Shown here: piece by piece, positions 11,602 through 23,846 of the stretch
Layout of the letters: every line of letters starts with the position of its first letter
How positions within the stretch are numbered: position 1 is the stretch's first letter
Origin: Octopus bimaculoides
Lineage: Eukaryota
Direction of reading: 5' to 3'
DNA: 64,000 bases
NCBI RefSeq assembly: GCF_001194135.2
Contig: NC_068983.1
Location: 162,895,499 to 162,959,498, forward strand
Notes under the pieces: generated by a model
The model's input: the letters and a program-made list of their open reading frames with translations, nothing else
Told to the model about the DNA's origin: nothing
The model's database searches: none
Translations under genes and position numbers: made by a program

Positions 11602-13349
11602 AGTACTGTAAATATCATCCAGAATGGTAAACAATTTCTGCAAAATTGGTAAACGTGCCTTCAAATTGCAGGGTAGAGTTCCCTGGTAACAGATTGACGA
11701 AATATGATTCTGGAGACTTTGGTGACGTCCTTCAAAGGAATCATGAGAGTCTCAACAATGACTAATGACTTGGAACAAAGGTAAAAGTAATACACGCCAA
11801 GTGTTGTCATTAACAACAGGTAGGGCAATCAACAGCAGGTAAGGTTATTAGCAACTGGTAGTTTTATGAAATTAAGCATAGGCTTCATCATTGTTATCTA
11901 CGATCCATCAGGACTTGTTATTACATACAACACCATTCTGAAATGGTATACTCCCGCTGAATAAAGTCCACCAAACGTTTTCAAATCACAGACAAACAAT
12001 TTAGTTTACAAAAGTTGCGATATTCATTTATGAGACACTGGTTTAGTCGATTCGGTTGGCCTCACATATTACAAGCATTTTTTCTCGATCTCCGTCAAAA
12101 CAACGGCAAAGTCTGTCCTATCTATTCTTCTATTTTGTCCTGCCGGTATTATGGTATCCATAGTGAAGTCACTTAAATCTTAATCTATGCTACTCTAACA
12201 ATTTTAATGATACTCCGATAAGATAGATCTCATATGTGTGCTGTCGATATGAACTATAGTTTTCAGTTTAACAATAGCTTTGGTGTTAACTTTTAATAGT
12301 TGTTAAATGTAAAAGGTACCCCTAATTTTGATTTTACTAATTAACACGCTAACTGCCACGGCCTGTTACTGGTACTTACAGGTGACGCTACGTATTTTTG
12401 ATCACACTGCATACTGTTTAATTACAAGGAAATATAATTTCTTTTTTTCGCATTTTTACAACTTTCATAATTAAACCTGAATATTTAGCAGTCATGTTAT
12501 TTAAACAACCTCGAAAGCACGTCAAAGATACAGAATAAAGCATTTCCCCAAATAATGAAAATATACCACCGGTGGTGCATATGCGTGAAGTTCGTGATGA
12601 ACCACTGTCGGTACACGTAGAGGTTAATTTTAAAAGAATGGGATTGTATTCAAGGGAATTCATTCAACCATATTGCATATTTTCTTAAGGTTTAGCGACA
12701 ATAATAGGGTTTTGATTTATAACGTAGGTGCACTAAACAAAACACTAAAGGTTGAATATTCGATCTCGTCTGCTAAATCACTGCTCTGCTCTCAGCACGG
12801 TTATCCAAGATGATATAAAAAATATCAGTAATCTTTAAAATGTATAGAGGCTAGTTTGACAAACTACATTATGGCGGTCTTATACATATCTATAAGTTAT
12901 GAGCTCGAATATCACCGGCGTCAAATTTGCTTCTCATCTTTCAGCGAATGATAATACAAACAATAATCTGGTGAAGAGGTTTATCTAATCGAATTTGCTC
13001 TCCTCTGAAATTAGTGGTCACATGACTACCATATTACACAGTAATGTGAATATAAATATGTGTGATTGAGCAGTGTTGAGTCAAAATGTCAATGCTGGAT
13101 TAAAAGATAAAAATGCTTTCTGACTTCAATTCATGAAATACATCTTGTTAGTCATTCTTTTGAAGTGATACGGCAAGTTTGTAACTTTGCTCTAGAGTTA
13201 GAAATGGTTAAAGAATAAATTATATAATAACAGCTTTCTACTCTATTACTTGATGTTAAATACATTCTGTTGGGACTTGTATTTCCATTAGAAAGCATTA
13301 ATGGTCACACGCCATGATCACTCTGTCTGTGTGGTTATATTTCAGAGTA

Positions 13350-13625
13350 TAGAGTATCAGTTATTAACCAAAACCTTTTCTTGTGTATATTTAGACCATT
13401 TCTTATCTGTCAGTATTTCATTATTCTGGCCATAGCATCGAGTGTATGAAAATCCCAACCCTGTCATACCTGCCGACGATACAGTTAAATCATCCTTCTC
13501 TTTTCTACACAAACTGCATTTAATGGGGACTGCTCTTAGAGTTTCTGGTAGGAAGGCTTTGATCCTGTGGTACAATGGCGATTCCTTTAGTCTCAGGTTT
13601 CAATGTCATCCTTCTCAGCCAGTGC
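13350..13625 (-). mobile_element. Dong/R4-clade LINE fragment (zinc-knuckle region)
   Basis: Minus peptides WLRRMTLKPETKG..QDQSLPTRN..KCSLC and TDKKWSKYTQEKV match R4/Dong C-terminal motifs. Confidence 0.7.
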
Positions 13626-13674
13626 TGCGGTTATTATATACATGTTATTGCCTCCTTGGTCAACTTTTTTCAGC

Positions 13675-13810
13675 TTGTTTCCCAACCACATGGTTCCGGA
13701 TTCAGTCCTACTGCATGGCTCTTTAGGCAAGTGTTTTCTACTATAGCGTTAGGCCAACCAAGGCCGTGTGAGTGGATTTGATAGACGGAAACTGAAAGAA
13801 GCCCTTCCTA

Positions 13811-13872
<62 letters not shown>

Positions 13873-14108
13873 TATGTGTACACATGCATACATGTGTATG
13901 TCTTTGTGTCTCTGTTCCCTACCACCACTTGACATCCGATGTTGGTATGCTTATGTCCCCTTAACCGAGCGTTTCGGTAAAAGACACCGGTAGAATAAGT
14001 ACCAGATTTAAAAATTTAAGTGCTGGATGCGATTCATTCAACTAAAAATTCTTGAAAACTGTGCTCCAGTATGGCCGTAGTCTAATGGATGATACTAGTA
14101 TAAGATAA
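13675..14108 (+). mobile_element. SINE family B, near full length, with internal (TA)n
   Basis: Head B box GGATTCAGTCC, CORE-like TTAGGCAAGTGTTTTCTACTATAG, (TA)n at about 13809-13868, and 3' half ending CCAGTATGGCCGTAGTCTAATG. Confidence 0.85.
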
Positions 14109-14877
14109 ACGATTTAAAAAATAGAAGAAAAAGTACGGAGAGGGAGGTAATCTTCTTGGATAATAATTCTTCTAATGGAGATATATTTCCCTGTTTTGTC
14201 TTCATTTGTAATATTGTTTCCATTTATTCCTCGCATGTTTAACATATCTGCTTATTATGGCTGCTATTTTAGTCATGGTAAATATTTCCAGGAACCACAT
14301 ATACAGACATTTTTGAAAACCTTGGATTTTCTGCGCTTTATCCTCAGGCCTTTCTTTATCTTTCTACAGTCTTCGTTGATTAATAATTAATCTTTATACT
14401 GTTATGAACCTTTTAACATCGCTTCTACTCCTCTGGTAACGAGCTGTTGCTTTCTAGATTCTTAATTACTTTCTGCGATATGATTGCAATTAAGCCTGAA
14501 ACACTGTAGGGCGGCAGCTCAAGGATCTGTAATTGTTATGGCTTGCTGTGTTTTTCTAATTTTTGTACTCTAAGATAGCTTTTGCCTGAGTCAGAGTTTT
14601 TCTTTCGGGTTCATTAAAATCACAGCATTTAAACTTACCCTTATATTTGCAACGAAATATAACACAGAGAGTAACTTTAATACGAACGTCTGAAATAGAA
14701 CCACTTGTTAGGTTTGTTATGTTCCTCTTTGACATAGAAGAAGAAAGTCTGAATTCCTTCCAATAAGAATTTCTTTCTAAATTGGTCGATTGTTTTGTAG
14801 TTTTGTATCTTAATTCTCATCCATGACCTCAATTCATAATAATGATGATGATGATGATGATGATGATGATTATGATG

Positions 14878-15139
14878 TCATAGGTGCCCTTGGAATAATA
14901 GCAAAATGGGCTGATTCCTACCTAGCTCAGATACCAAGAAACCCCAAAATGACAGAAATTCAAAAGATAGTGCTCATGGGAACTGCCCATATTCTACTGT
15001 CTATGTAATCTCAAATTTTAAAACAAACACATAATTTTCTGATGGTTTCTTAAACATTCTCTAGAACAATATTATGTGCAAAACCAAATATATGACATCT
15101 TAGGCATAACACCAACATGAACTTCTAACTTGTCTCTTG
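14878..15139 (+). mobile_element. Dong/R4 LINE 3' end (family 2), 5'-truncated after a (GAT)n array
   Basis: VIGALGIIAKWADSYLAQIPRNPKMTEIQKIVLMGTAHILLSM*, the RLE C-terminus; runs into a gap. Confidence 0.8.
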
Positions 15140-15149
15140 NNNNNNNNNN

Positions 15150-16436
15150 TCTATGAATAAATAGCAGACGGTGCTACAGCTTCAAACAAAAGACGAACTC
15201 GTGAAAACTAAAGCCATCATCATTAGAAGAGGAATATTCCAAGGAGACACGCTCTCTCCACTCCTTTTCTGCTTGGCACTCACACCTTTAACTGAATTGC
15301 TAAATAGAACTAGATGCGGATACAAATGTTACGGCAAAACAATCAGCCACCTCCTATATATGGATGACCTAAAACTATACGCTACAAATGATGAACAGCT
15401 GGAAACACTACTACAGACAGTACATGGATTTACCAAAGAAGTAAATATGAAATTTGGCTTAGAAAAATGTACCAAAGCAACCTTGAAAAGAGGAAAACTA
15501 GTTAAGAGTAGCATCATCACACTAGATAAAGCCAATGAAATAAGAAAACTAGACCAGAGCCAGACATACGAATATTTAGGAATCAATGAACTAGATACGA
15601 TCCAACACACACAAATGAAAGAGAAAATGAAGAAAGAGTACTATAGACGAGTTAAATCAATACTGAAAACAGAGCTCAATGCTAAAAGCAAGATAATAGG
15701 TATTAACACTCTAGCCGTCCCAGTTATAAGTAACAGCTACAATATCCTTAATTGGACACTAAATGAACTAATCAAAATAGACCGGAAAACAAGAAAAATA
15801 ATGACAGGATCTAGGATGTACCACCCAAGATCTGACATAGAAAGGCTATATATACAACGTATAGAAGGTGGTAGGGGTCTTATACAGCTGGAAAACTATT
15901 ATAGAATAACCACCATAGGACTGTAATGATACCTACCTCAGAAGCAAAGAAAACTAATACAACTAGCCACAAAACAAGAAAGCAACCATACTCTGGGATA
16001 TACCAATACACACATATGGAGAAATTAGGGCCAATAGGCCAGATATAGTTATCAGAGATCATGAAGAAAAAAATGTTTTCTAATCGATGGATCAATACCA
16101 ACAGATGACAACGTTTCTCTAAAAGAAATGGAGAAACTTTCAAAATACAAAGACCTGGAAATAGAGGTAACTCGAATGTGAAATCTAAAAACAGAAAAAA
16201 TTCCTATCATTAGGTATGATAAAAAAATATTCAGACAAATACATAACAAAAAACACCGGGGCTTACAAGTATATATAACATACAGAAAATTGCACTACTA
16301 GGCACTGCACACATCCTATGCAAAATACTTTCAATACAGTAACCATAAGAGCACCACAGCAAACCACAGCACATACCCAAGGCACACAGAGCTGCGCTCG
16401 GTAGTGAAGTGAAAGCACACTATAAAAATAAAACTA

Positions 16437-16437
<1 letters not shown>
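15150..16437 (+). mobile_element. Dong/R4-clade non-LTR retrotransposon fragment (RT plus restriction-like endonuclease), internally deleted
   Basis: ORF 15171-15926 has GIFQGDTLSPLLFC, YMDD, KFGLEKC, YLG, RLYIQRIEGGRGL. Downstream ILWDIPIHT..RANRPDIVI..IDGSIP..KYKDL..KIALLGTAHIL; the 3' UTR ends at (AAT)n. Confidence 0.92.
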
Positions 16438-16501
<64 letters not shown>

Positions 16502-16508
16502 TAATAAT

Positions 16509-16541
<33 letters not shown>

Positions 16542-16553
16542 AATAATAATAAC

Positions 16554-16608
<55 letters not shown>

Positions 16609-16610
16609 GT
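16438..16610. repeat. (AAT)n/(AAC)n compound microsatellite
   Basis: Direct reading. Confidence 0.98.
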
Positions 16611-16699
16611 GATAAAAAATTATACCAGAAAATCCCAAAATAGGAGAAAAAAAATTAGTGCTCATGGGAACTGTGGTGTTTGTCCTTAGATGTTACTCG

Positions 16700-17567
16700 T
16701 TTTTTTGTCTTCCAGTCCAGGCATTATAGTTCTGTAAAGATTCCAGACAATGATGTTAAAACTGCATTGGACTACTTGGAAGTGCTAACGATCTTCAAAA
16801 CAGTTCTGACCCTAAATGCAGATTTTACGATACATTTGATGAAACAATAGACCATCACGCCTCAGGATGTTCTGTGCTGACATCAAACGTATAAAACAAT
16901 CGCCTCGATAGGGTAGAGCAGTATTTACATTGGAAAATATGTAAACACTACAAAACCAGCGCTCCTGGTTACTGGTATGAATATCAACCTGAGCCAGTCA
17001 CTGAGGGTAAAAAGTCACTATCCCCTGAGATTTTCCAGTCAATACCGACAGAATGATCCAGGCAAATCAACCAGACATTAAAGACAGAGAAGAAAATACT
17101 TGTAGAAAATATTTCTCTGACATTAAAGACGGAAAAAAATACTTGTAGACTAATAGATGTAAGTGTCCCCACTGATAAATATATATCTGTAAAGAAATTT
17201 GATAATTAAATATAAGGACCTGGAGATTGAAATACAAAAGATGCGGCATCTTAAAGCGAGAACTGTTCCTATTATTGTAGGTGACCTAGGTATGGTAAGA
17301 AAGGGATGTCAGAAACATCTAGATAATATCCCAGGAGAACCATGTCTCAGAGAAATCCAAAAGACTGTGCTGACAAATACTGCCCACATCCTTAGAAAGA
17401 TCCTATCAATTTAAATATCTGTGTTGTATTACATGAAGATATGTCGCTACTGCCACTGTCCCTCCCCAAGCTTTCAGTCATGCTGTAACATCTCTTATCC
17501 TACACTCACCCTAGGAAGCTGGGTGTGTCTCGGCAAGTGACTGTAACAAACATACAGATAAGAAGTA

Positions 17568-17598
<31 letters not shown>
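16700..17598 (+). mobile_element. Dong/R4 LINE 3' fragment (family 3) ending in (AAT)n
   Basis: DPKCRF..ETIDH..SGCSVL..LHWKICKHY..ANQPDI..LIDVSVP..KYKDLEIEIQKM..VPIIVGDLG..EIQKTVLTNTAHILRKILSI*. Contains a roughly 35-bp local duplication (GACATTAAAGAC..AAAATACTTGTAGA twice). Confidence 0.88.
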
Positions 17599-18007
17599 TG
17601 AATTTGTGTGTCGAAACAGATTTTGTTGTATCTCGGGAGGATCATTATGTTAATAAACACACGCACCACTTATATTTCACTTTTTATTATTTATTTGTCA
17701 ATTGTTTAACATTTAAATAATTAATTAATCGATAGTTTAAATTAATCGTTCGGCTAGTCAATTAATCATTCAGTTAGTTTGGCTTGTCAAAATTTTTCGT
17801 CGCCACTTGCGACCTCATCAATAACATGCCTTCTCTACACCGGGTCTGCTTCGAGTCTGTCTGTCTGTCTGTCTCCTACTTCTATATCTATATTTATATG
17901 GATGTGAATGGGAATGTATGTCAGCGGTAGGAAGAGAGAGAGAGAGAGTAAAATTAGGAGTGTATGTGTGTGAGAGAGAGAAAGAGAGAGAAAGAGTAAA
18001 AGTGGAT

Positions 18008-18063
<56 letters not shown>

Positions 18064-18320
18064 AAGAAGGAGTGTATGTGTGTATCTGAACTTTTATTAA
18101 TGCAGATGGTTTTCATTTTCTTACCGATGTATTTAATTTGCCAAGTACAGCCTGCAGTTTCCCACAGTCAATCATTAGATTTAGTACTGTTTGTGCTTAT
18201 TGTATATACTAAAAGTACAAATAATATACTTATGGAGAAAATGTTTGCGCAAGAGAAATGCATAATTAGCCACATATACCTTCTTTGAGTAGCGATGAAT
18301 AGCTGGTCTATATTCTAGAG

Positions 18321-18431
18321 CAGTGGTTCACTATCTAGGATCCGCAGACCCGTGGTGGTCTGCAAAATGGTCTGGGGTCCTTGAACTAAATTCAAGGTGG
18401 TCTGAGGGTCCTTGAACTAAATTCAAATTTT

Positions 18432-18463
<32 letters not shown>

Positions 18464-18541
18464 AGCATATTAAAAGGAGTCCGTGGAAAGACTCATTTAA
18501 ATAAAAGGGGTCCTTGGTAGTGAGAAGGTTGGGAACCACTA
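18321..18541. mobile_element. hAT (Charlie-like) MITE
   Basis: TIRs CAGTGGTTC / GAACCACTA; 8-bp TSD TTCTAGAG (18313-18320) / TTCTATAG (18542-18549); internal duplication GGGTCCTTGAACTAAATTCAA twice. Confidence 0.85.
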
Positions 18542-18624
18542 TTCTATAGGAATGTATTTCTACGTAACAAAATATTACCATCTAAGGGATAATAATAATG
18601 ATAATAATAATAATCTTTTCTACG

Positions 18625-18830
18625 AAAGGGCTGCAATAAGGGTGCAGCACTTGCAGAAAACAGCACTGCTTGGAACCTCTCGAATACTCCGGAAGGTGCT
18701 CGAAAAATAAGAGGCGTTACCTTAGTTCACTGGTAGCGAACAGCTGACACCGTAGTACATCTCCAGCGTTAGAAACTGTACAAAGGCAATGATATAATAA
18801 TAATAATAATAATAATAATGATAATAATCT
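18625..18830 (+). mobile_element. Dong/R4 LINE extreme 3' end (family 4) between (AAT)n arrays
   Basis: AAIRVQHLQKTALLGTSRILRKVLEK*, then a short UTR and (AAT)n. Confidence 0.8.
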
Positions 18831-19345
18831 CATTGTCTCTATAAACAACAGATTAGAAATATGTTTTTCAGTCAGTGTAAACCGCTACAGAAAACAACTT
18901 CATTTTTGCTGAATTTGTTTAAATCGTGATTTAAAAAAATGTATTTGTCGGCAAAATTGTGATAAAGTTGCTCTGTATTCTTTGTAGTAGAACTGTTCAT
19001 TTTTATCCTGTACTGTTATTTGTTTTAAATTTCCATTGCATATTCATATCTTTATTCCTTTAATATTAGCAGTTAAATAATAAGAACAAAGGCGTTGAAG
19101 CAATGACGTCAACCACAAAACTGTTTAAACACACAAGATAAAGTAGGAAATATGAAACATTGTAACCAATAAAAATTACTTTGTTTCTATCACAGCTAGA
19201 TTCATAAAAATCACTCGATATCACTCACTAATATGAAACATTTCTCCCTCTCTTCTATCAACAATAGAATCAATAAGACGAAAACCTAGCAACTCGCTGC
19301 TTGTCATGGCTGACTATAAAATGAAACCCATAACTTGCTCCTCCC

Positions 19346-19405
<60 letters not shown>

Positions 19406-20449
19406 GCGTAGATAAATTATTGTAAAATGTTGTTATTGCAGTTTTCTTTTCATCGGCCATTTCTGATGAGTGTGTGTATGTTTGTGTGTGTATAATCTAT
19501 GGTGTGAAAACAACCAAATGGTCATTTTAGTATAACCCCATCAAACAAAATCACTCGATATTCCCCCACCCCCAATCATTTTAAGATGTTACAAGTTTTT
19601 ACATTTTCAACAATAAAAGTTATTTTGTTATACCGAAAGGAAATATATACATTTCAGACATGCTTTTACTCAAAGAATTCATAAAATCTTCCACCAAAAG
19701 GAGACCAAGAAAATTCTAATACGAAGCTGGTGATCGCTACCAAGCAACGGTAATTTACTGGTAAAAGAAATTTCTGGCTGAACATACAATGTCTATTATA
19801 ACAATTTTCATTACATTTCCATTTTGAATATCTTCTACAAAGGCAGGAACACAACCAGGATTGTCTCTAGCCTGGAATGACATTATTTGTAATTACGAAT
19901 ACATTGATATGACCACAGTTTTGTCTAAACAGACCTCAGCACAGGACAAAATTAGAGATAGTCAATAATGGTCCTTTTCAGTCACTTATGAAATAAATAA
20001 ATAGGTAAATAATGAATAATGATAGCTTACTAGCAGGACTAGTGAATATTTCACGGAGGTAATTGTAAACTTATTGGGTTATTTCTAAAAACTTTGTCCC
20101 AAAAGACCTGAAAACGTAGCCTGCGTTGTGTCTATACCAAAAGATAATTACTCATCTGCTAATGATTGAAAAGTGAAAGAAATTGAAATACTATGATTAA
20201 TTAATGCACTTTATATACTTTATACACAGCATTCTCCCTCTTTCTCTCTCACTCTTCGCCGTATCCTCTTTTTCTCTCTCCTTTTTCTTTCACTCTTCGC
20301 ATTTCCCTTCAACTAATCACGTGAACACGTCACAGACGGGTTAAGTAACGGAGGAAAATTAACTTAGTCAAAAAAACAAAACCCTTAAAAAATTACACGT
20401 TTCACTCACCACATTCTTCGTCTAATAACGTTGCTTCTTTTATTATCCA

Positions 20450-20930
20450 TCAATCTACGCATCTTCTCCATTCACCATTCCTAGGTGGGTCAAAGTAGAA
20501 AAGTCTTCAAGTACCGCCTTCATAGGGTCCTCAGCAACCATTATTACTCTTCCCGGTTGGTTTCCCAAGCGTGACCAACTGAGACTACGGCTACTATCCA
20601 ACCATCACGTTTTTGGTCTACTCCTAGGTCTCTTGCCGATTGGTTCCGCTTGAAGAATCCATCTTGTGATTCTTTCCTGCAACATTCTGATGTCACACTC
20701 TGTCATTATAACAACCATCATATCCCCATTTTCACCGGTTCCTTCAACATTGTTTTCTAATAAAAGCTCATATTAAACAAGAGATCACAGCTTTTCTTGT
20801 CCTTTCCATCGATATCAAGTGTATAAATGGATTCGAACGCCTTCATCCAGTTATCATAATCTGGATGATATCTTCGTTCACTTCCAGCTGTTTACTCTTT
20901 CCTCCACAACACTCTGCAACCACAATGCTA
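20450..20930 (-). mobile_element. RTE-like LINE 3' fragment
   Basis: RMLQERITRWILQAEPIGKRPRSRPKT*WLD..LSWSRLG; homologous to 57498-57790. Confidence 0.7.
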
Positions 20931-20969
20931 TAATATTTCTTTCTGATCATGATATAAGATCTGTAGTCT

Positions 20970-21557
20970 TCAGGGAAGGGAGCTAGTCGATTACATCAAT
21001 TCAAGTGCTCAACAGGTACTTATTTTATCGATCTCAAAAGGACGAAAAGCAAAGTTAACCTCGGCAAAATTTGAACTCAGAACCTGACTTCGAAGTCGAT
21101 AAAATAATTGTTTTGAATGTTGGCACAAGGTAGGACTTTTAGGTGGTGGGGAGGATTATCGATTACGTCGACCCCAGTACGTGACTGGTTCGTATTCAAT
21201 TGATCTTGAAACAATGAAAGGCAAAGTCGAGCTCGGTAGAATTTGAACTCAGAACATAAAGACGGACGAAATGCTGTTAAGCACTTTGTTCGGCATGGTA
21301 ATGATTCTGTCAGCTCGTCGCCCTTAGAGATCGATAAAATAATGGTTTCAAATTTTGCCACCAGGTCAGCAGTTTCAGCAAAGGGAGAAGTAGGTTATAT
21401 CGACTCCCAGAACTCAAATGGTCCTTATTTTATCGACCCCGAAAGGACGAGAGGTAAAGTCTACATCGGTGAAATTTGAACCCAGAACGAAAAGACGGAC
21501 GGGATGCTACTAAGCATTTTTGCCCGTCGCAGTAACGATTCTGCCAGCTCGCTGCCC
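20970..21557 (-). mobile_element. Three head-to-tail SINE A copies
   Basis: Copies at about 20970-21085 (partial), 21110-21323 and 21345-21557; GATAAAATAAT recurs at 21098, 21333 and 21567. Confidence 0.88.
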
Positions 21558-22854
21558 TTAGAGAATGATAAAATAATGATTTTAATTTTCCGATGTATAA
21601 GAAATCCCCACCAACCTCCTCTTCATCAATTCACGTCGTTCCTAAGAGAGAAACAATTACTTTTAAAAAATATGTAATGAAAAATAAAATTTCTTAATTG
21701 TCAGCTAAAACTTCTTCAACAGTTTTGTGTTCTGAAAATTGTTTTATTCTCGACAAAATAATGCCTATAACATGTTTCTAAAATTAAACTTCACGAATAA
21801 TATTGGTAAAGCAATTTTAAAACATTGGTGAAAGTGTTTTAATATTCATTAGATGTCGGATGTGCTATATGTCGTCAACCTTACGTTAGCTTTATTTGAA
21901 GAGGTCATTTGTACGAGATAATGATTTCAAATTCAAAATAGATGATACCTTCCCTCCCCATTTATAATAACAGAAGAACGCTATTAAAAGAATGAATATG
22001 TCAAAGGTGCCAATTCTAGTGGTGAAATTAAGTAGCCTATCATATTGCTTAGAGAATGATTATAAGATGACCACCTAGCTAAGCAAACTACTAACGTCTA
22101 CTATATTACTGCACAATAACCAATACAACAATACCGAAATTGGTATTAATGTGTGAATGAAGTATCAAATTAATCACAGCTTGCGACTGCACATATCTCT
22201 GCTAGACGCTGCCATGTTAGCGATGCCATATTATTCAATTAGCTGCATCTCAGAACTAAGAACATGAAATAAATTTCATGCTATTCATCTTCTTATCTTT
22301 TTTTTATTATTATTGTTTTGTTTTGGTCTGTTTTATATTTTGAGTAATTTTCTCGTCGCTGATGATGAGACGAATTACAGAATTAGCATCAAATAATGGT
22401 CTGGCATGAGTTTCAACAACTTTCAGAAGCCATAAAAATAGAGAAAGTGCCAGATGATAGTTTGGCCATTGTCACTGATGTCGCCACTTCTCTTTATGTT
22501 ATGGAATTAATTATAGTGATGAAGATAATGATATCAAAATTAAATCTAATTACAATTCTCTAAGTTGAAAAACTTCCAATACTCCCAGCTGAAGAATTTA
22601 TAATTCCATTTCAATCAACGGCACCGTTTTGTCAATAAGAAACCCAAATACGACTGATCCTTGAAAATTAAGATTGCTTTATTTCAAATATGTTTAATTG
22701 TTCTTTTTGGTGAAATAGTAAATAAGATTTGGGAACTACATTTCGACTTGTGGATTGATTTAGACAACCAATTGGATGCTTATTAGATTTCGATAGCGTA
22801 TTCATCTAGGTATATTCTAATATATCTGTTAATCTATGCATGTCTTAATATTGG

Positions 22855-23067
22855 CATCAAATTTTGGCACAAGGCTAGCAGTTTCGTGGGAGAGTGTAAG
22901 GCGATTACATGAACTCCAGCAATCGATTGGTACTTTATTTTATCGCTCCAAAAGGATGGAAGGCAAAGTCAACCCCAGGAGTATTTAAACTCGGAACGCA
23001 AAACCGGAAGAAATGCTGTTAAACATTTTGTCCGGCGTGGTAACGATTCTACCAGCTCGCCGCCTTA
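22855..23067 (-). mobile_element. SINE family A
   Basis: Consensus match. Confidence 0.85.
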
Positions 23068-23100
23068 TGTACAAGGTGGTCCGAAAGTCTTGTTACCCCG

Positions 23101-23662
23101 CTGCCGAAAAGTAATACGAACAATAGAGGGACAATATAGTAATTATTTCTTTCTTTATTGCCCATAGGGGGCTAAACATAGAGGGGACAAACAAGGACAG
23201 ATAAAGGGAATAAGTCGATTGCATCGACCCAGTGCGTAACTGGTACTTATTTAATTGACCCCGAAAGGATGAAAGGCAAAGTCGACCTCGGCGGAATTTG
23301 AACTCAGAACGTAAAGACAGACGGAATACTGCTAAGCATTTCGCCCGGCGTGCTAACGTTTCTGCCAGCTCACCGCCTTGGGACAATATAATAATATCAA
23401 ACACATGAACTGGTTTGAGTGTATTCACTTTTATTGACATTGACACTGTCACACATCGAGAAGGTCTGTATGAACACCAACAGCTTCGTAAAATATCACA
23501 CAGGAGATGGCGCCGCATCATTTTCTGTCACAAAAATGATGGTGTTCATACAGACCTTCTCGATGTGTGACAGTATCAGTGTCAATGAAAGTGAATATAA
23601 TAAAACCAGTACATGTGTTTGCTATTATATTGTCCCTCTATTATTCTTAGTACTTTTCGCAG
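23101..23662. mobile_element. Foldback/MITE with about 130-bp TIRs, interrupted by a SINE A
   Basis: 23101-23143 plus 23396-23480 is the reverse complement of 23540-23662 (for example TGTCACACATCGAGAAGGTCTGTATGAACACCA / TGGTGTTCATACAGACCTTCTCGATGTGTGACA). Confidence 0.88.
23144..23379 (-). mobile_element. SINE family A (alternative-tail subfamily) with 16-bp TSD
   Basis: GGGACAATATAGTAAT (23128-23143) / GGGACAATATAATAAT (23380-23395). Confidence 0.9.
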
Positions 23663-23846
23663 AGCGAAATTTGAGCTCAGAACGTAAACACGAGAGGAAA
23701 TGCCGCAAAGCATTTTGTCCAGCGTGATGACGATTCTGCCAGTTCGTCGCTTTAATTCCTTGTCCATTTTGATGCATGTGTATCCAGACATATCTTTCTA
23801 TGCAATTAAACTATAATCATTATACAATTCACACAAACAAGGAGGA

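Noticed and set aside
12341-12720. TTAACACGCTAACTGCC as a piggyBac-like terminus
   Set aside because: No matching opposite TIR or transposase sequence was found.
15171-15926. 251-aa RT ORF as an active or domesticated gene
   Set aside because: 5'-truncated at a gap, followed by stops and an internal deletion; an ordinary dead Dong copy.
16331-16665. Poly-Leu, poly-Tyr and poly-Cys ORFs (also at 11449, 41136 and 50216)
   Set aside because: Translations of trinucleotide microsatellites with no flanking coding signal.
19666-19854. Cys-rich 62-aa minus-strand ORF as a peptide gene
   Set aside because: No signal peptide, splice support or recognisable cysteine framework.
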